From the NCBI RefSeq assembly GCF_006345805.1, contig NC_042999.1, forward strand, positions 64,046,001 to 64,110,000: 64,000 nt of DNA, read 5' to 3'. Below the pieces are notes generated by a model. That model saw only the letters and a list, made by a program, of their open reading frames with translations. It made no database searches and had not been told where the DNA came from. Origin of the DNA: Octopus sinensis. Taxonomy: Eukaryota. Made by a program: the position numbers and the translations under genes. This document shows, in pieces, positions 24,236 through 36,655 of the stretch (within the stretch, counting starts at the first letter, position 1; each line of letters opens with the position of its first letter).

Positions 24236-24788
24236 GCCCTGATGCAGTACCAGGCAGTGGCTCTCATGGCTACTCATCTTAAGTGATTGGAAGTGTCATC
24301 ATGTACATTGTTTTGTCTTGGTATAAAAGATGGGCTACAGCAAATATTCTGCTCAATACCACAGATTTGCTTGGCAGTTATTTGAGCTTAACCAGTTGAG
24401 CATGTCCCTTAGTGGCTGACGATATGTGCATCTCTAATCACGAGCATTAGTGGTGGGGGAGCATCATAGCCATGTGTTGAGAGGGATTCTTTGGGGCTTG
24501 AATAATTCACCTCTGGAAACATGGGTGTTTCGTTCAACATCTTTAAACAACCCTTATTCAAGGACCTTTTGAGCGGAATGGGTTACTCGACCAGAAGAAA
24601 ATTCTAACTGGGCACCACTTCAAGGTCATGTGCTGTTTGTCTTGATATGAGATCACCATGTCCCGCATATATGGTTGTGATGCATGTGCCTAATGTACCC
24701 TTATCAGACGGGTAGTCATGGTGGGTATACTGGGCTTCGTATATTTTACCCTAGTGTCACTTTGATGGCATGCACTGCTCTCTCGCTC
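24236..24788 (+). mobile_element. 553-bp non-coding element inserted in (TAA)n; probable 3' UTR or non-autonomous partner of a TAA-targeting LINE
   Basis: TAA tracts on both sides. Shares its 3' end with two shorter copies. Confidence 0.75.
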
Positions 24789-24806
24789 AATAATAATAAT
24801 AATAAC

Positions 24807-24851
<45 letters not shown>

Positions 24852-24852
24852 T

Positions 24853-25061
24853 TTTTCTACTATAGGAACAAGGCCTGGTATTTCGGGGAAGGGCTAAGTC
24901 GAGTATAGCAACCCCAGTACTGAACTGGTACTTATTTGATCAAACTCGAAAGGATGAAAGGCAAAGTCGAGCTCGGCGGAATTTGAACTCAGAGCGTAAA
25001 GACGGAAGAAATGCTGCTAAGTATTTTGTTCGGCTGTCATCGATTCTGCTAGTTCGCTGCT

Positions 25062-25097
<36 letters not shown>

Positions 25098-25300
25098 GTT
25101 TCAAATTTTGGCACAAGGACAGCAATTTCGAGTAAGTGAGAATAGTCGATTACATCGACTCCAGAGCTCAACTGGTACTTATTTTATCGACTCCCAAAAT
25201 ATGCAAGTAAAGTAGACCTCGGCGGAATCTGAACTCAAAACGTAAAAACAGTTGCTTAGCATTTTGACCGGCGTGTTTAGTGATTCTGCTAGCTTGCTGC
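24853..25300 (-). mobile_element. Two tandem SINE B (B2) copies separated by (TAA)n
   Basis: Each has the B block and head. Their (ATT)n tails appear as AAT repeats on plus. Confidence 0.85.
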
Positions 25301-25767
25301 AGTTTTATGATATTTTATGGTATGCGTGTGTTCTTTTTTCTTTCTTTCTTTTGTTTCTGTCATTGGATAGCGGCACAAATCTGGAGGAATTTAATCAATT
25401 AAATCGATCTCACTAATTATTTTACGTCTGGAACTTATTGTATCAGTCACTTTTTACTGAACAGCTTATTCATAGGAACGTAAACTAACTTACAGCCAAC
25501 AGTTATCAAGCGGCGGGAAACGCACATGGAGTTTTATATTCAGGACTTCTTTACCAAGTGTATTCATCCGCTTTTAAACGGTGGTATGAAATTTGAAACA
25601 GGGTTTGTTGCTAAGCATAGACGTCTAGCAACTATGTAGAGGCACCAAAATGTTCAAACGCAATGCTTCCGCTCCTGACAAAGCTACAAGCATACATCTT
25701 ACGTAGCATAGTGCATCAAAGAATCACTGAGCTCAGTAATGCCTTGCGGTATTTGTTATGACATTGT

Positions 25768-26110
25768 GAAAGCGCATAGCTGAGTGGTTAGAGTATTCGG
25801 CTCACGGTCCGAAGGTCGTGAGTTCGATTCCTGGCGACACGTTGTGTCCTTGAGCCAGACGCTTTATTTCATGTTGCTCAAGTCTACTCAGCTGGGAAAA
25901 AATGTGTTGTACTTGTAATTCAAAGAGCCAGCCTTGTTACATTTTGTGTTACGCTGAATACTCCCCACCTTCACCGACCACCATCACAAACTATGATAAA
26001 GGTATGCATGTCTGTGGAGTGTTCATTCACTTGTACGTCAATTACACGAGCAAGTTGTTCTGTTGATCGGATCAACTGGAACCCACGTTGTCGTAAATGA
26101 TAGAGTGCCA
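25768..26110 (+). mobile_element. SINE family E (D-like head, different tail)
   Basis: TAGCTGAGTGG / GAGTTCGATTCC, then TCCTTGAGCCAGACGCTT, then tail ...GATCAACTGGAACCC. Second copy at about 28115-28400. Confidence 0.8.
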
Positions 26111-26860
26111 GTATGGCATTCAATGTTCTATTTTCAAATCCCACCGAGGCCATCTTCACCTTTCATCCTCTTTCATCCTTTCGGAGTCTATAAAAAGTAT
26201 CAATCCAGGGCGGCAGTTTCAGTAGTGTAGCTCGAGTGTGTGCCGCCCGGGGTAGACCTTGACTTTACTGCACTCACCACCCCCACTCCAGAAAAAGTAC
26301 AAGCTTCTACAGTAGATCCCAAAGTGCTGTCCATACATAAAAAAAACATCTCCTGGGTCGGACTGTTCCAACTCCAGCTATGCTGCTGGCGATTTGGCGG
26401 AACAGTAAGGACGACAAACCGGCTGTCATGTGATATGAGTTCCGACGCCTCGCGCTCTGAGTTAGAATCACTCAGTGGTCTTCTTGGGTGGTAAATTTAA
26501 TTCGCCGCCCGACTTTATGTCACCTGGCACTTTGTCTACATTTAGTAGAGTCCACTCTGATGCAAACATTCAGTCCAGATCTCTGGTTTGAGAATGTCTT
26601 TCCCCATCCTTTCCACTAGTTTCAAAGGCCATGTGAAGGGACTTGAGCAGGGCCTCTCCTCCTGAACAATATATATGAAATAAGCAGTTAGGCAGGCATT
26701 AGATGTGAGGTTAAGAAGCTCGCTTTGCAACAACGTGGTTGCGTGTTCAGTTCCGCTGCACGAGACCTTGGGCAAGTGCAGTCTAGCCCCGGCCAACTAA
26801 TGTCTTGTGAATGAGTTTAGTAGACGGAAACTATATGGAATTCCCGTGACTTAACGTAAA

Positions 26861-27278
26861 TAAGGCGGCGAGCTGGCAGAAACGTTAGCACGCCGGGCGA
26901 AATGCTTAGCGTTATTTCGTCTGCCGCTACGTTCTGAGTTCAAATTCCGCCGAGGTCGACTTTGCCTTTCATCCTTTCGGGGTCGATTAAATAAGTACCA
27001 GTTACGCACTGAGGTCGATGTAATCGACTTAATCCGCTTGTCTGTCCTTGTTTGTCCTCTCTGTGTTTAGCCCCTTGTGGGTAGCAAAGAAATAGGTATT
27101 TCGTCTGCCTTTACGTACTGAGTTCAAATTCCGCCGAGGTCGACTTTGCCTTTCATCCTTTCGGAGTCGATTAAATAAGTACCAGTTACGCACTGGGGTC
27201 GATGTAATTGACTTAATCCCTTTGTCTGTCCTTGTTTGTCCTCTCTATGATTAGCCCCTTTTGGGCAATAAAGAAATA
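26861..27278 (+). mobile_element. SINE B1 head-to-tail dimer inserted in an old family A copy
   Basis: Full unit 26861-27093. The second unit starts internally at GGTATTTCGTC. Both end AAAGAAATA. Confidence 0.9.
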
Positions 27279-27501
27279 GGAAACTATATGGAATCTCGTC
27301 ATATAACATATGCGTGCGTGTGTGTGTTAGATAGTTTTTGTACCCGTGTCTGTGCTCCCCACTGCTTGACAACTAGCGTTGGTTTGTTTACTTCCCGTGA
27401 CTTAACGTAAAAAGAAGGAAAAATACAGAATAGAAATATGGACCTTTGTAAGCTTTTGATTATTTTTGATCAGAGCTTAGCTGGGGCCAAACAACATCAA
27501 C

Positions 27502-27675
27502 GTTCCTTAGATTTGGAGAAGAAAGGCGGGAAGACCACGCAGGAGTTGGAATGAAGATTTTGTTAAATTCTTCGGCACCCAAACATGGATGAGGAAAACA
27601 TCAAACTATGGTGGGTGGAGAGAACAAGCTGAGGCCTTCGTCCAGCTGTGGACTGAACATATGCACGGGTTAAAA
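27502..27675 (+). pseudogene. RTE LINE C-terminal fragment
   Basis: Translation RRKAGRPRRSWNEDFVKFFGTQTWMRK...WREQAEAFVQLWT fits the RTE GRPxxRW...WR...EAFVQQW ending. Confidence 0.6.
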
Positions 27676-28004
27676 TGTACCTTACATAAGGCTACAGCAG
27701 CAACGTTTAAAAACACATTAACCATGTGGTATCAGTTATGGTTATATTATTGAGCTTCTAACAGGAAATTTGAATTTTGATCAACACAGGATACATAGTA
27801 TTTTTCGATAGAACAAAACACAAAAGACAAAAAGGAACCTCTACGTGTGGTCGAAGGCATGGTTGTAGGGGTGGGGTTAAGAAGCTCACATTGTAGTCAC
27901 GTGGTTTCGTGTTCAGTTCCGTGCTGCGCAACACCTCAATATTTTCTGAGAAGATTTGGTAGACGGATAGTGTGTGGAAGTCCATCACCACGTGCACACA
28001 CACA

Positions 28005-28116
<112 letters not shown>

Positions 28117-29094
28117 CGCGTGGCTTAGTGTTTTCGGTTCACGGTCTTAAGTTCGTGAGTTCGATTCCTGGCGGCACACTGTATCCTTTGAGTAGTTGCT
28201 CCAGCATTCTCAGCAGGCAAAAATGAGTTGTACTTGTTAATTGTCCTTATAAGCCAAAATGAATTGTCCCTGTAAGCTGTCCCTGTAAGCCAGCTTTGTC
28301 ACATTGTTTCACACTGAATCTCCCTGAGAAATACGCCAAGAGTACGCGTGTTTGTTTAACTGATCAACTGGAACACTCGTCGTCGCAAACCAACGGAGTA
28401 CCAGTTATATATATTTATGAATGCGTGTGTGTGATTCTCCCCGACTGCTTGACAACCTGTGTTGGTATGCTTATGTTCTTGTATCTTAGTTTTTAAATTT
28501 TGGCACCTATTCATTCTATCGGAAACTTTTGCCGAACCGCTAGTTCTTAGATCAGATTCTTTCGACTAAACCCATCATAGCTGCAGTCTCATGACTGAAA
28601 TTAGTAAAAGCTAACAATTCTTTTAATCCTGCGATCTGAAAAACTTGCTAGATCATCGAACAGAATATAGTGTAGTATTCGTTTTTCATCGTTCCGAGTT
28701 CAAATCGTGGTGAGGTCAACATTAACGTTTAGCTTTTCAGGTTCTATAAACAAAATACTAGTCAACGGTTATGGAATGATGGAAATATGAGCGATGTCTT
28801 GCGATATCTGTACCGATTTTATGTTTCGCATGCTAAACCACCTGCTAGATTACAAGAGTGGAATATGGAATTTTCTTATACTTTTTTATTGCCCACAAGG
28901 GGCTAAACATCAAACCTTCCAGTGCACTTCTATATAACTTTGCATAAAACACACACACACACACACTTTAGCGACTGAGGTACTATTAATACCGCGAGGT
29001 AATATCTATCGCCGCTTAAATTATATTACAGTAGCGGCCATGGTAGAAACTCTCAAATTGGCTTTGTGTGCGCGTTTATATATATTTTCTTTTT

Positions 29095-29255
29095 TCTTTT
29101 CTTTTATTCGTCATTCAGTCATTTTGACTGCGGCCATGCTGGAGCACTGCCTTTGGTCGAGCAAATAAGCGTAGTACTTATTCTATCGGTCTCTTTTGCC
29201 GAACCGCTAAGTTACGGGGACGTAAAAACACCAGCATCGATGTCAAGCGATGTTA

Positions 29256-29297
<42 letters not shown>

Positions 29298-29582
29298 AAT
29301 CAACTCACAAGGCTTTGGTCGGCCCGAGGCTATAGTAGAAGACACTTGCCCAAGGTGCCACGCAGTGGGACTGAACCTGGAACCATGTGGTTGGTTAGCA
29401 AGCTACTTACCACACAGCCACTCCTGCGCCTATATATATATAGGGGCTAAACATAGAGGGGACAAACAAGAACAGGCGAAGAGATTGAATCGATTATATC
29501 GCCCCCAGTGCGAAACTGGTACTTTATTTATCGACCCAGAAAGGATGAAAGGCAAAGTTGACCTCGGCGGAATTTGAACTCA
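29095..29582 (-). mobile_element. SINE A (29095-29430) adjacent to a SINE B1 fragment (29440-29582)
   Basis: Family-diagnostic blocks. The A copy has a deletion next to its microsatellite. Confidence 0.85.
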
Positions 29583-29939
29583 GATATATATATATATACA
29601 TTATACATACAAGCATACACACACATATACATTTGCGCGCGTCTGAGTGCAAGAGAGAAAGAGAGAGAGGGGGAGAGCGAAGGAGTATGCGCACGCGCGT
29701 GTAGGAATGTCGGAATCATTGAAATTGTAAGAAATAGATGTCAAATGAAACAATGATAAGATGAAATATACACGCATGATAGGGAGTGGCTAATCACCTG
29801 ACATTCTACATCATTAGACAAACTCATTAGGATAGGAGGTGGGAGGTGTCGCGTGGTTTTTCTTCAGTAAGGTCTCTACACATTCTGTTTGCCTATGTGT
29901 ATACTTGTGTGTGTATGTGTATGTGTGTGTGTGTGTGTA

Positions 29940-29970
<31 letters not shown>

Positions 29971-29989
29971 TTTGTATCGGTCTATATTA

Positions 29990-30560
29990 AGGTGTTAGTA
30001 GTGTTGTAGTACACGTATGAGTGTCTGTTAACAGTGTAGTGCAGGTGTTTTGGTGCATGGTGGTGGTGATGTGGTGGGTATACGCCTGTGATTTTCTGGT
30101 GTTTGTATGTGTTTGTATGTTTGTACGTGTGTGTGTGTTTGTATGTTTGTACATGTGTGTGTGTTTGTGTTGGTGTTGTGCTGTGTGTGTGTGTGTGTTA
30201 GTGCTGTGCTGTGTGTGTGTGTGTTAGTGCTGTGCTGTGCTGTGTGTGTGTGTGTGTTAGTGCTGTGCTGTGTGTGTGTGTGCTGGTGTTGTGCTATGCG
30301 TACGTAAGTGTGTGTATGTGTGTGTTAATGTGCTAAGCGCACGCGTGTTTGTATGTTTGTACGTATGTGTGTGAGTGTGCGTATGTGTGCTGGTGTTGTG
30401 CTGTGTGTGTGTGTTGGTGTTGTGCTGTGTGTGTGTGTGTTGGTGTTGTGCTGTGTGTGTGTGTTGGTGTTGTGCTGTGTGTGTGTTGGTGTTGTGCTAA
30501 GCGCTTGTGTGTGTGTGTGGTGTTGGTATTTGTGACGCATGTATGTTTGTATCAGTTAAC
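29990..30560. repeat. GT-derived minisatellite, unit approx. (GT)n-TGGTGTTGTGCT
   Basis: At least 10 recurrences of GTGTTGTGCT / GTGCTGTGCT spaced by variable GT runs. Confidence 0.85.
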
Positions 30561-30935
30561 ATTGTAGAGTAGGTGTCGCGGTATACATATGCGTGTGTGC
30601 TGTTATTGTGAAGTTTGTAGTCGTATATGCATATGATAGTGTGTGCGTGTTGGTGAAGCCTACATCTGCACTAACTCCAACGCATTCAACTCACACATAC
30701 ACAGCTCACACACACACATACCGACGCTATGTAGACGCTGTCCAACTGTCTTCATAGTGTTATGTGGGTGTGCATGATTATGTGTGTGTCTGTGTGCGTG
30801 TGTATGAGCATGATAAGGATGATGATGTATATATCTTAAAACCTATCAAAGTGGTGTGTGTGTGTATGTGTGTGTTTATTGAACAGAATACATAGATGTG
30901 CTTCATGAGGCTACAACTTATATTATAACCCTATC

Positions 30936-31000
<65 letters not shown>

Positions 31001-31009
31001 CCTATCTAC

Positions 31010-31041
<32 letters not shown>

Positions 31042-31164
31042 TTCGACAATGGCTCGAAATTGTAATGATCTTTGACAGATAAGTGATGGGAGATGAGCGT
31101 GTCCACGTCTTTTGTTTGTGTTTTCTGTGTTCCTTTGTCGTCTGCCTGTGCAACCATTTATTTC

Positions 31165-31215
<51 letters not shown>

Positions 31216-31471
31216 GCATACACACGCGCTCGCGTATGTGTACACCTTGGTGTCAAATTCCGCCGACGTCCATTTTGCCTTTCTTCCTTTCGGGGCCGAT
31301 AAGTAGCAGCTGAGCTACGAGATCGATGTAATCGATTGGCCTCCTTCCCTGAAAATTTCAGGCCTTGTGTTCATAGTAGAAAGGAGTCTTGAGCGTGTTT
31401 CAGTTGTTTGACTGCGGCCATGCTGGGATACCACTTTCGACTCTATTTTAGTTTGTAACTAGTTCTCTATC

Positions 31472-31630
31472 GTAGGAGTGGCTATGTGGTAAGTAGCTTG
31501 TTTACTCACCACGTGGTTCCGGGTTCACTTCCACTGTGTGACACCTTGGGCAAGTGTCTTCTACTATAGCCTCGGGCCAACCAAAGCCTTGTGAGTGGAT
31601 TTGGTAAACGGAAACTGAAAGAAGCCCGTC

Positions 31631-31706
<76 letters not shown>

Positions 31707-31915
31707 GTCTATATGTTTGTGTGTCTGTGTTTATCCCCTAACATCGCTTGACAACCGATGCTGGTGTATTTACGTCCCCGTAACTTAGCGGTTCGGCAAA
31801 AGAGACCGATAGAATAAGTACCAGGCTTACAAAGAATAAGTCCTGGGATCCATTTGCTCGACTAAAGGCGGTACTCCAGCATGGCCACAGTCAAATGACT
31901 GAAACAAGTAAAAAA
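31472..31915 (+). mobile_element. SINE family A, full length
   Basis: Head AGGAGTGGCTATGTGG through tail GACTGAAACAAGTAAAA. Confidence 0.92.
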
Positions 31916-32292
31916 GTATCGCATCACTGAACCCACTGCTCACTGATTTTAGACCTCTGTTTAATTAAAGTCTTTAAGCTACCCTCATTTTAAGTTTACC
32001 ACCCGCAAATTCGAAATCGACTTCATATTACCCCTACTGGTTACCTCAAACCTATTTTCATACACCTTGCTCTATTACTACCAAAAGTTTCCAGTGGGGT
32101 GGATCTGAAACCGCATGGGGGTAAGAGGAAAGTACCTTTCTGCTACCACCCAAGGGGAATTTGGAATCGATTTCATTCTATCCTCCACGTAAGCTAAATG
32201 TAATTTCAAGTTACCTGTAGGTAAGATGAAGTAAAGGTAACTGGAAAAATCGATGCACCAGTATTAACGTAAACACCTTTCCGCCTATCTAT

Positions 32293-32354
32293 CCGTCCGT
32301 CCGTCCGTCCGTCCGTCCATCCATCCATCCATCCATCCATCCATCCATCCATCC

Positions 32355-32442
<88 letters not shown>

Positions 32443-32457
32443 GGATAGAAAGATAGT

Positions 32458-32490
<33 letters not shown>
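32293..32490. repeat. Compound tetranucleotide array (CCGT)n-(CCAT)n-(CTAT)n-(ATAG)n
   Basis: Read directly. Switch points at about 32317, 32357 and 32443. Confidence 0.97.
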
Positions 32491-32495
<5 letters not shown>

Positions 32496-32627
32496 GCTTC
32501 CGAACAAAATCCCGGCCACATGAACTGGGGAGCCAGAAGCACAGGATGCAGCTTACTGATATCGAACGTGGATCTAAATGGTTGTGAAGCGAACTTCTTT
32601 ACGCAGTCAAACACACACACACACACA

Positions 32628-32658
<31 letters not shown>

Positions 32659-32819
32659 TGTACAGGCAAACACATATATCTATCTGCCTATGTTTGTGTG
32701 CGTGTGTGTATAGATATCTATGTAAGCACGTATCTATTTGAATGTACACAAAAACATGCACTGAGACACGTAACTAGATAAATAAAAAAAATCTTGTGAT
32801 CGGATTAAATACGGGGAAA

Positions 32820-33026
32820 TTCTATGAAAGAAATCATGATTGGAGGAGGGTTAATTATTAGCAGGAAGAGAGAGAGGGTAAGAGAGAAGTGTGAATTGAG
32901 AGAGAGAGAGTGTGTGTGAGTGAAAGAAGGCGGGCTTAAAAGAAGGTGCATGAATGAAGAAGAATAGATGTACACGAAATTAAGATAAGTATGAGGAAGG
33001 ACATTTGCTGAAGTAGCAGGTAGAGC

Positions 33027-33082
<56 letters not shown>

Positions 33083-33250
33083 ACAGAGAAGGGAGTACGA
33101 AAGAGGAAGAGAATGCGTGCGCGAGCGAGTGTGCGTAAGTGTGTGTGTGTGAATGAGCGAGTCAGCGAGTAAGAGAGGGAGAGAGAGGAAGAGTATGTTA
33201 GTCGTTTAAAAAAGAAAGAAAAAAGCGCTGTCTGAAAAGCGGATTACTCG
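32820..33250 (+). promoter_or_regulatory. Candidate promoter / 5' region of the downstream signal-peptide gene
   Basis: SINE-free, GA-repeat-rich stretch with CpG-containing GCGTGCGCGAGCGAG, about 1 kb upstream of the ATG. Assignment is by position only. Confidence 0.3.
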
Positions 33251-33560
33251 AGTGCCGTTACGAAAGTGTTTGCCTTATTGGAGTTAAAATCAAACTTGGG
33301 AATTTACTGAAAAGCATACACACTTATTTAATATATGCATATATACACACGCATACTCACGCAAGCACACACTCCCACATACCCACATAACTACATACAC
33401 ACATACATTAACATATATAGATATAGATATATATAAGTATACATACATGCGTGTATTTATTAAAGAGAGCAAGCAACACAACAGCAACAAGTTAGACGGG
33501 GGAAAAACAAACCCACCTAAAACAACAACCACAACCACTACCACCATCAGAATTACTGCC

Positions 33561-33592
<32 letters not shown>

Positions 33593-34197
33593 CCACAACA
33601 ACAATATCAGCAGCATTCAAAATCATTTATAAGTAACGAAGTATTCCAGAGCGGAGCATTTAGCGAAATCGCTCAAGTTCGCTCAACAAATATTAAATAT
33701 TATACCCTTACACACAAGACCTCTACACGCACGAACATATATATATACATATAACTTAAATATATATACATATATCATACACCTATACACGTATTTACAC
33801 AGCATATTCTTTAATCAAACGCACGTGTTGTGTATATAACACATACAACTCAATATATAATAATAATAATTATTATTATTACACACGGACGCACACACAC
33901 GCACCACACATTGTACATATGTTTCTTTTCACAGAATGGATATACCATTTAATTTCAAAAGAGTCAGTGTCTTGACTTTCCATCGTCCAGTGCTAATAAA
34001 ACAAACGCACGTTTTCATTATATAGTTTAATAAGAAAAGATAAAGAGTAAGAGACGTAACTTTTTTTTTTTTTTTACATTTCCGTGGCTTAATAGCCACC
34101 AACTCAAACATATCCAATAATTAATATATATATATATTATATATTATATATCATATATATATATATATTTTATATATATTTAATATCATAAGTATTC

Positions 34198-34288
34198 ATG
34201 GCGCCTTACACAACATTAGGGTTTTTAAAAAGAGCGGTTGCTTTACTCTTGTTGTACGTCACATACGTGAAATGCTTCGCACCTGAAG
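34198..34288 (+). CDS. Probable first coding exon of a secreted or membrane protein (signal peptide MAPYTTLGFLKRAVALLLLYVTYVKCFAPE)
   Basis: ATGG start. 30 codons plus 1 nt with a basic n-region, hydrophobic h-region and a plausible VKC/FA cleavage site. Ends at consensus donor AAG|GTAAGT (phase 1). Too short for the ORF track. No downstream exon identified. Confidence 0.6.
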
Positions 34289-34509
34289 GTAAGTTTGCTT
34301 TGCTTTATCTATCTACCTAGTTAAAAAAAAAATACAGTCTCGTTTAAGATGTTGTATCTGAGGAAATACAGCTGTTATTTTAGCGCAAAACTGCGTGTGT
34401 GTGTGTGGGGGGGATGTGTGTGTTTGTAAGACAAGCAGTAATACTTCTTGCACATCAATTGATAAGATCTCTTGATTGAGAGATAGATTGAAGTGTGTCT
34501 GTGTGTACA

Positions 34510-34547
<38 letters not shown>

Positions 34548-34601
34548 CATACAAATGCATATATACATGCATATATGTTTATATATATATGTATATATAT
34601 A

Positions 34602-34734
34602 TAGCAACGAATTGCCTTACCACATACCGAATTTAGAAATAGCAGTCAAAGAGTTATAGCTATTTCTTCTAAATAGCTATAACTCTTTGACTGCTATTTC
34701 TAAATTCGGTATGTGGTAAGGCAATTCGTTGCTA
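34602..34734. repeat. Perfect palindrome: 64-bp arms, 5-nt loop
   Basis: 34602-34665 is the exact reverse complement of 34671-34734. Loop CTTCT. Confidence 0.95.
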
Positions 34735-34861
34735 AACCCTTTATTGCTTAGTATTACTTAAATTTTCCTCGAATGAGGCTTTTACATGCCGAAGACTACT
34801 TGGTGTAATTGATAATTATTCCAAATTAATTATTTCACCCTTCATTATTACGGATAACCAT

Positions 34862-34906
<45 letters not shown>

Positions 34907-35196
34907 TATATATATACATACAAATGCACATATACATGCATATATATGTTTATATATGCGAATAAGAATGTATATATATATATATACATACATACATTCT
35001 TATTCGCACCCCCGGCAACCGTGGTTGCCTACTGTAAAATATAAAAAGAACATTCTTTAATTTATCGTACTTCGATAAGAAAAAAAAATCACAACCTTCC
35101 GTCTCAGTAAACCACTATTGTTCCAGGAAGTTGTTTTATATATTTACTACGTATTGCTTGAAGCTAACTGTTTTCCTACACCTCGATCCTTGAATT

Positions 35197-35232
<36 letters not shown>

Positions 35233-35673
35233 GTTATATTATATTATATCATATTATATTATATTATATTATATTATAAGTACATAGTTGTGTATGAGTA
35301 TACATATATAATTTATGTACATGTGTGTATATTTGCGTATATATCTGTGTGTATGCATTCATAAACCATTGCAGGGCATGATATAATCATCAAAATTTGT
35401 GTTTAGAATGTGAAGGACTAAATAAATAAATACCGCACATTACCCCCGGCTCTCTGTCGATTCAGTTTACGAAATATTAGTTTTTGTATTTGTCATTTTG
35501 CATTACCGAAAGAAGAAACATCACTAAAACAAAATCGCAAAATTTGCATGCTGTGGCTGTGTGTATCATCCTTCTTGTTGATTTAGCCCTCACACAATGA
35601 AAGCCTTGTTAACTTTGACAATCTCATGAATAGAAAAGGGTTTGCGAGAGCGAAGGGCCCAGCCGTTTCTTCC

Positions 35674-35709
<36 letters not shown>

Positions 35710-35718
35710 TAATAATAA

Positions 35719-35898
35719 GGGCCCCACCTGCAAGGTCATGCGCTGTTTACCTTGATATGAGATCACCATGTCGCGCACATATGGTTGTGATGCATGTGCC
35801 TGGTGTACCCTTATCAGACGGGTAGTCATGATGGGTATATTGGGCTTCGTATATTTTACCCCAGTGTCACTTTGATGGCATGAATTGCTCTCTCACTC
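35719..35898 (+). mobile_element. 5'-truncated copy of the (TAA)n-inserted element
   Basis: Matches the last 180 bp of 24236-24788. TAA on both sides. Confidence 0.88.
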
Positions 35899-35926
<28 letters not shown>

Positions 35927-35929
<3 letters not shown>

Positions 35930-36655
35930 TCTTGTGTAGGCACAAGACCCGAATTTTTATGAGAGTGGGGCGAGTCGATTGCATCAACCTCAGTGCTCAA
36001 CTGGTACTTATGTCATCGACCCCGAAAAGATGAAAGGCTAAGTCGACCTCGGCGGCATTTGAACTAGAATGTAAAGACGGAAGAAATGCCGCTAACTATT
36101 TTGTCCGACTCACCAACAATTCTTCCATCTCGCCGCTTTTTATAATAATCCTTTCTATTGAAAGCACAAGGCCTGAAGTCTTAGGGAAGGGGATAAGTCG
36201 ATTACATAGACCTCCAGTGTTTCACTGGTACTTTATTTATCGATCCCGAAATGATGAGAGTTAAAGTCGACCTCAGCGGAATTTAATAATAATGATCCTT
36301 TCTACTAAAGGCACAAGGCCTGAAATTTGTGGGGAGGGGACTAGTCGATTAGATCGACCTCAGTGTTTCACTGGTACTTAATTTATCGATCCCGAAAGGA
36401 TGAAATGCAAAGTCGAGATCGGCGGAATTTGAATAATGATAATAATAGTCCTTTCTACAAAAGGCTCAAGGTCACTAGTTTCGAGGAAGGAGATAAGACG
36501 ATTACATCAACCCCAGTGCTCAACTAGTACTTATTTTATCGACCCTAAAAGGATGAAAGGCAAAGTCAACCTCGGCAGAATTTGAACTCAGAATGTAAAG
36601 ACGGATGAAATGCCGTTAAGTATTTTAGCCCGTTAACGTTTCTACCAGCTCGACC
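35927..36655 (-). mobile_element. Array of four head-to-tail SINE B2 units
   Basis: Four B blocks in the same orientation, separated by short AAT runs. Confidence 0.88.
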
